A stretch of 64,000 bases of DNA from Promethearchaeota archaeon (lineage in GTDB: Archaea; Asgardarchaeota; Lokiarchaeia; Sigyniarchaeales; SOKP01): NCBI GenBank assembly GCA_048941285.1, contig JBHLNS010000002.1:91030-155029 (forward strand), read 5' to 3'. The first letter of the stretch is position 1; each line of letters begins with the position of its first letter. The notes under the pieces were generated by a model. The model was given only the letters and a program-made list of their open reading frames with translations, searched no databases and had not been told where the DNA came from. This document shows positions 61,101 through 64,000 of the stretch, piece after piece. A program made the translations under genes and the position numbers.

Positions 61101-62126
61101 TGATGATACAAAAATAACTCCATAAAGATCTCTTGCTGTTGATATTGCTTCTGTTATTAAATCCGAAATAATTGGATACCCTCCACCAAAACTCATTGAA
61201 ATTATATCAGCTCCCGCACCTCCCGAACTTATTGGTTGAGAACTCCATTCAATAGCGCTTACAATATCAAAATCACTTAAACCACTCGCATTTCCTGCTC
61301 TAGCATTGATTAAAAGAGCACCAGGGGCTATTCCCCGATACTTTCCTGACGATGCTCCACCATTACCTGCAATAATTCCTCCTACGTGTGTACCATGGCC
61401 AACATCATCATTATAATCTATTGGGGTTTCATCAGTTACAAAATTCCTATTATTTATAATATTCAAATCAGGATGATTGTATATTCCAGTATCAATTATA
61501 GCTACTTTCACACCTGAACCATCATAAGGTAGATTTTCTGCCCCAACAGCAGAAATCCACCAATTAGAATAATCTTCAGGGCTTAAAGTACTCACTTGAA
61601 GATTCTCATCTAAAATATAAGGATTTTGATATAATTTAGAAGTATAGATTTTTTTTATTGATTTTATACTATCTATTAAATGGCTATTAGTAGTTAATTG
61701 ATTAGGTTTAATTTTTATATAAATTGCAGGAATTATATCATAATTTTTTACTAATTTAAAATCATCAAAAATAGAATCTAAAATTTCGATTCGTTGTTCC
61801 TTACTAACAAAATCTTCAAAAAGTATGACAATTTGTATTTTTTTTAGATTTCTATTCTGATATAAAGCTAGGTTTGTTAAATATTCATTTAGATCATTAT
61901 CAAATTTAGAATAATCAGATTTGGAATTAATCTTTAAATTAAAATAATTTCTACTAGATTCTGAAGTTAAAGAAGAAGGCAGAGATTCTATATTAATTGT
62001 ATCAGTTTCTTTTTGTTTATAATTACTTGAGTAATTTAATTGTATTCCGGTAAACGGAATTACAAAATAACTGATAAAAATTAGTGTAACGATTAACACA
62101 TTAGACTTTCTTTTTAATTTTGTCAT
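58119..62126 (-). CDS. Membrane-anchored S8 subtilase with Site-1-protease-like architecture and cytoplasmic zinc ribbon
   Basis: Signal peptide; DTG, HGTH, AGNSG, SGTSM; GATase-like domain; C-terminal TM; YCPFCG..FCPSCG. Confidence 0.88.
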   Translation of the reverse strand: MTKLKRKSNVLIVTLIFISYFVIPFTGIQLNYSSNYKQKETDTINIESLPSSLTSESSRNYFNLKINSKSDYSKFDNDLNEYLTNLALYQNRNLKKIQIVILFEDFVSKEQRIEILDSIFDDFKLVKNYDIIPAIYIKIKPNQLTTNSHLIDSIKSIKKIYTSKLYQNPYILDENLQVSTLSPEDYSNWWISAVGAENLPYDGSGVKVAIIDTGIYNHPDLNIINNRNFVTDETPIDYNDDVGHGTHVGGIIAGNGGASSGKYRGIAPGALLINARAGNASGLSDFDIVSAIEWSSQPISSGGAGADIISMSFGGGYPIISDLITEAISTARDLYGVIFVSSAGNSGPEYFSGSTPASGIDVIAVGATNKNGELASFSSWGPSYRYLGYPDVVAPGVNIISTDAPDSIISKEQRYIRDFFNFVGDADYIPLSGTSMSCPIVAGALAILIEAYPTISPETARIALIEGAKKLNNENDDDLLKSGAGIINISSSLDYLNDLNNTIQDINDILKIFPDELPVKPYDLLNFPGDSQKFNLTVISGNNTVYDVEIPNVIQGVLISFNKILPLSSQSGISFLELEMKIIQDALPGIRNFQINLTVGGVLYDSVNILLDIRIPESKILMESYHGLNDWFPELSKFNQIGFYEAMADLSELNISIDYDMEFWTPGYNKDLNNSILTEERLVQYDIIFLQNPILPYSPIEINNIKSYFENGGNLFFLGTRYQDLAIENINYLFSKLGVDIQVNEENIMNDRWLGIGTSVSSQNISDFNDKKLFNDVNNVYWQYGNSFTVSGNAESVATINNNTVVAIYNGTSLGKGNIVAFGDLHWIYYNYKFESYTQDHYNLLNNVMEFFIPKEEVSININLKRESTSNSKINLYLYLKDQISESPITFFDSLNVIIKNSTFSQVILINATFSDNGIYFNSTYNIPYPRSASYNIEVNLTIGLNEYRKITKILYFDKNEVPLILDLSSVESNTTRAPGDSTDLLAELDSSNYGNIKGYMSIYSYSFYNLKKSVNRTLSFNHQGSNIYSTNFDPNTTDPSGFGIYYIIPTNSNYVNPSSPRHFFRIVNNPPEILKSSSAFNLEGYADLYFDETESDEGSYAYNANQGDNFNFMVNVRDSVNYEDANSDMRVFVNLFICSVSDNYIFFIFPQSIEVSELYYDSISGKYEGSFIIPDTMRYSTLSGIKSIPTAAGFNLRTNEGYLGILYIKVYDSEGATDDFIIVLIISERPFDFSMIILIVLSIIALMGIVSMMLYYARKKKYPRTTHIQPRYEEYHYRPSYDEPEEKSYVVPDSVSTVSASFYCPFCGNPIKIPKKFCPSCGESLEFFHQNEEK

Positions 62127-62453
62127 GATAGCTTAACCAAAAAAGTATACGTATTTAATCTTTCTTTTAATAATCTAAAATAATTATTTTTTAAAAAATT
62201 ATATATTCTATTAAGATAGAATATTCAATCTATTGTCTCGAATTATTAGATGAGAGCAATTAATTTAACTTGCCTTTTTAAAATATATAAAAACACAAGT
62301 TAGCAAGTTCTATATCTTATCAGACTAAACCTCATATGCTATAACCCTTGGAACCAAATAAAGAGAACCTTTCTAAGGAATGTGCCAAAATTGGGGATTA
62401 ATTAACTTTTTTTAATACAATTAACTTAATAAGATTAAAAAAATTGTAATTTG

Positions 62454-64000
62454 GTGTTTCTGGTTTTTAAAAGAGTCAGTTTTTATTATTTTATGATTAT
62501 ATTATTAAGTTTTCTCAATATCACCCACTTTTTTATTCTTAACGTGAAAGCTGATACTTCTGAACCTATGAGAGAAGTTAGGTCTGGTTGGGATGTATTG
62601 CCTATATATGAGATTCTTCATCCCCCTGGACCAAAATGTATAGGAGAAAACAATGATCTTTACTATGTTGATAACCTTAATCACATAGTATTGAAGATGG
62701 ATGAGTTTGGGGTTCATACTGAATATTGTAACCTATCAATGTCTCTTAGTGATATCATTTACCAGCCTAACTATAATCGTTTGTTAGGGTTGGATGATTT
62801 CGGATTTTATATTATAACAACAAGCGAAATCACTTTGTTGAAAAATTACTCTAATGGAGTGCCTTTGACAACTATGACTGTCGATCCGACAGATGACTCT
62901 TTCTATTGTGGTTCAAGGAAAGATGGGACAGATATTCTTAAGTTTGATGCAGATGGTAACTATATTACAACAGTCCTTTCAAATGTGCAAGGTTGTAGTC
63001 AAATTGTTTTAAATATCAATCAAGATATTCTTTATTATACTGAAACCTATCTAGGTTCATTTTCTATGATGAATTTAACATCTTCAGTGAAAAAAGTTTT
63101 GAGAACAGGAATTGGACTTCCAGGAACGGAAGAAGTAATTGGAATTGGCGTAGATGATAATGATGATTTATATTACATGACTGCAGATGGTAATAATAGA
63201 GGATTTTATAAATATGAAAATAGTAGTTTTTTATTTTTGATGGCTTCAAAGGTAGGGATGAGTACTTTAACTTGGTCAACTAAATTACAAACATTTATAG
63301 CAGCAGGGAGTTTTGGAGGATGCTTGATAGGTTATGATCCAGAGGAATCGGAAGCAGAATTGCTAACGCCAATTGTTAATTCTCACACAATAATAGAAAC
63401 AAATGATGGGAAGATCCTCTATATTGTAGAAGATACAATATACAAAATTAATGAATCAGGACCAACATATTTTAGTAAGAATCCATATAACAGTACTATT
63501 TCCAAACTAATATTGGATATTGATAATAATATCTATGCCTTGTTAGGAAATGATTCTGTAGCAATTGTTCGAGTTAATCATGATGGTTCCTTCGAGGATT
63601 GGTTCAATAATGAAATTCATGAATGGGCTAAATCTATTCATTATGACGTTAAAAATTATGAAATTATACTCTTTACAGAAGATTTTCTTCAAAATGAGTC
63701 CTGCGTTTATCGAATACCTATAAATGATCCGATGGCATACAATAAAATAGCTACTTTCAAACATTCTACTAGAATTGTTGGAGTTACAGACGTACATGGA
63801 AATATCTATGTATATGAAGCATACAACAACACTTTATTTAGAATACCGGATGGTTCTGTTGAAAAAGAAATAATTACTACAGACTTTGTTGATTTTTCTG
63901 ATATTTATGGAGGAGATGTTATAGTTGAACCATCATTGGGTTATTCCACTATTGAAAATGGTATTTTTATCGGAAGAAATGATGATTTGCAGATGTGGTT
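62454..64000 (+). CDS. Secreted beta-propeller (NHL/SMP-30-like) protein, truncated by the window end
   Basis: Open frame from TTG/GTG 62451/62454 (ATG at 62493); signal peptide ending VKA-D; blade-like motifs VDPTDDSFY, GVDDNDDLYY, DVHGNIYVY; missing from the track, apparently because no stop lies in the window. Confidence 0.75.
   Translation, partial: MFLVFKRVSFYYFMIILLSFLNITHFFILNVKADTSEPMREVRSGWDVLPIYEILHPPGPKCIGENNDLYYVDNLNHIVLKMDEFGVHTEYCNLSMSLSDIIYQPNYNRLLGLDDFGFYIITTSEITLLKNYSNGVPLTTMTVDPTDDSFYCGSRKDGTDILKFDADGNYITTVLSNVQGCSQIVLNINQDILYYTETYLGSFSMMNLTSSVKKVLRTGIGLPGTEEVIGIGVDDNDDLYYMTADGNNRGFYKYENSSFLFLMASKVGMSTLTWSTKLQTFIAAGSFGGCLIGYDPEESEAELLTPIVNSHTIIETNDGKILYIVEDTIYKINESGPTYFSKNPYNSTISKLILDIDNNIYALLGNDSVAIVRVNHDGSFEDWFNNEIHEWAKSIHYDVKNYEIILFTEDFLQNESCVYRIPINDPMAYNKIATFKHSTRIVGVTDVHGNIYVYEAYNNTLFRIPDGSVEKEIITTDFVDFSDIYGGDVIVEPSLGYSTIENGIFIGRNDDLQMW

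Noticed and set aside
62316-62401. Loose resemblance to a SAM-I riboswitch (CTTATC...GGAACC...GTGCCAA...GATTAA)
   Set aside because: The P2 kink-turn/pseudoknot elements and convincing helices are missing, and the downstream gene is unrelated to sulfur metabolism.
62505-63797. Three short minus-strand ORFs in the track
   Set aside because: They are antisense to the long plus-strand beta-propeller ORF that runs off the window end.

Overview
Strongly AT-rich, gene-dense archaeal chromosome segment. It is most consistent with an Asgard archaeon of the Lokiarchaeia/Promethearchaeia type. This is inferred from tandem Roadblock, longin/uDENN-like, three MPN, PAC2, AfpA and many zinc-ribbon-tagged proteins, plus archaeal GGTGA-type Shine-Dalgarno sites. 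About 55 CDS are present. I saw no rRNA, tRNA, CRISPR array or transposase. Housekeeping and metabolic genes include a PHP histidinol-phosphatase, copA, iscS/iscU, sufC/sufBD, mobA, aor, acdA, gatC, dut, thiolase, purE and rpiA. Main points of interest: (1) a cluster of three MPN/JAMM coiled-coil proteins, including an adjacent catalytically intact plus degenerate pair (Rpn11/Rpn8-, CSN5/CSN6- or BRCC36/Abraxas-like), next to an AAA+/vWA gene; (2) an unannotated 45-aa Asp/Glu-Trp repeat micro-protein ending in EEY; (3) three genes whose conserved N-termini point to ATA, ATT and GTA start codons at the same SD spacing as canonical starts; (4) a Site-1-protease-like membrane subtilase; (5) a CopA with a desulforedoxin-like C-terminal module that is duplicated as a free gene; (6) an in-frame TAA splitting sufBD in a window that also carries iscS/iscU. 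All family calls come from motif recognition by eye; no database searches were run.
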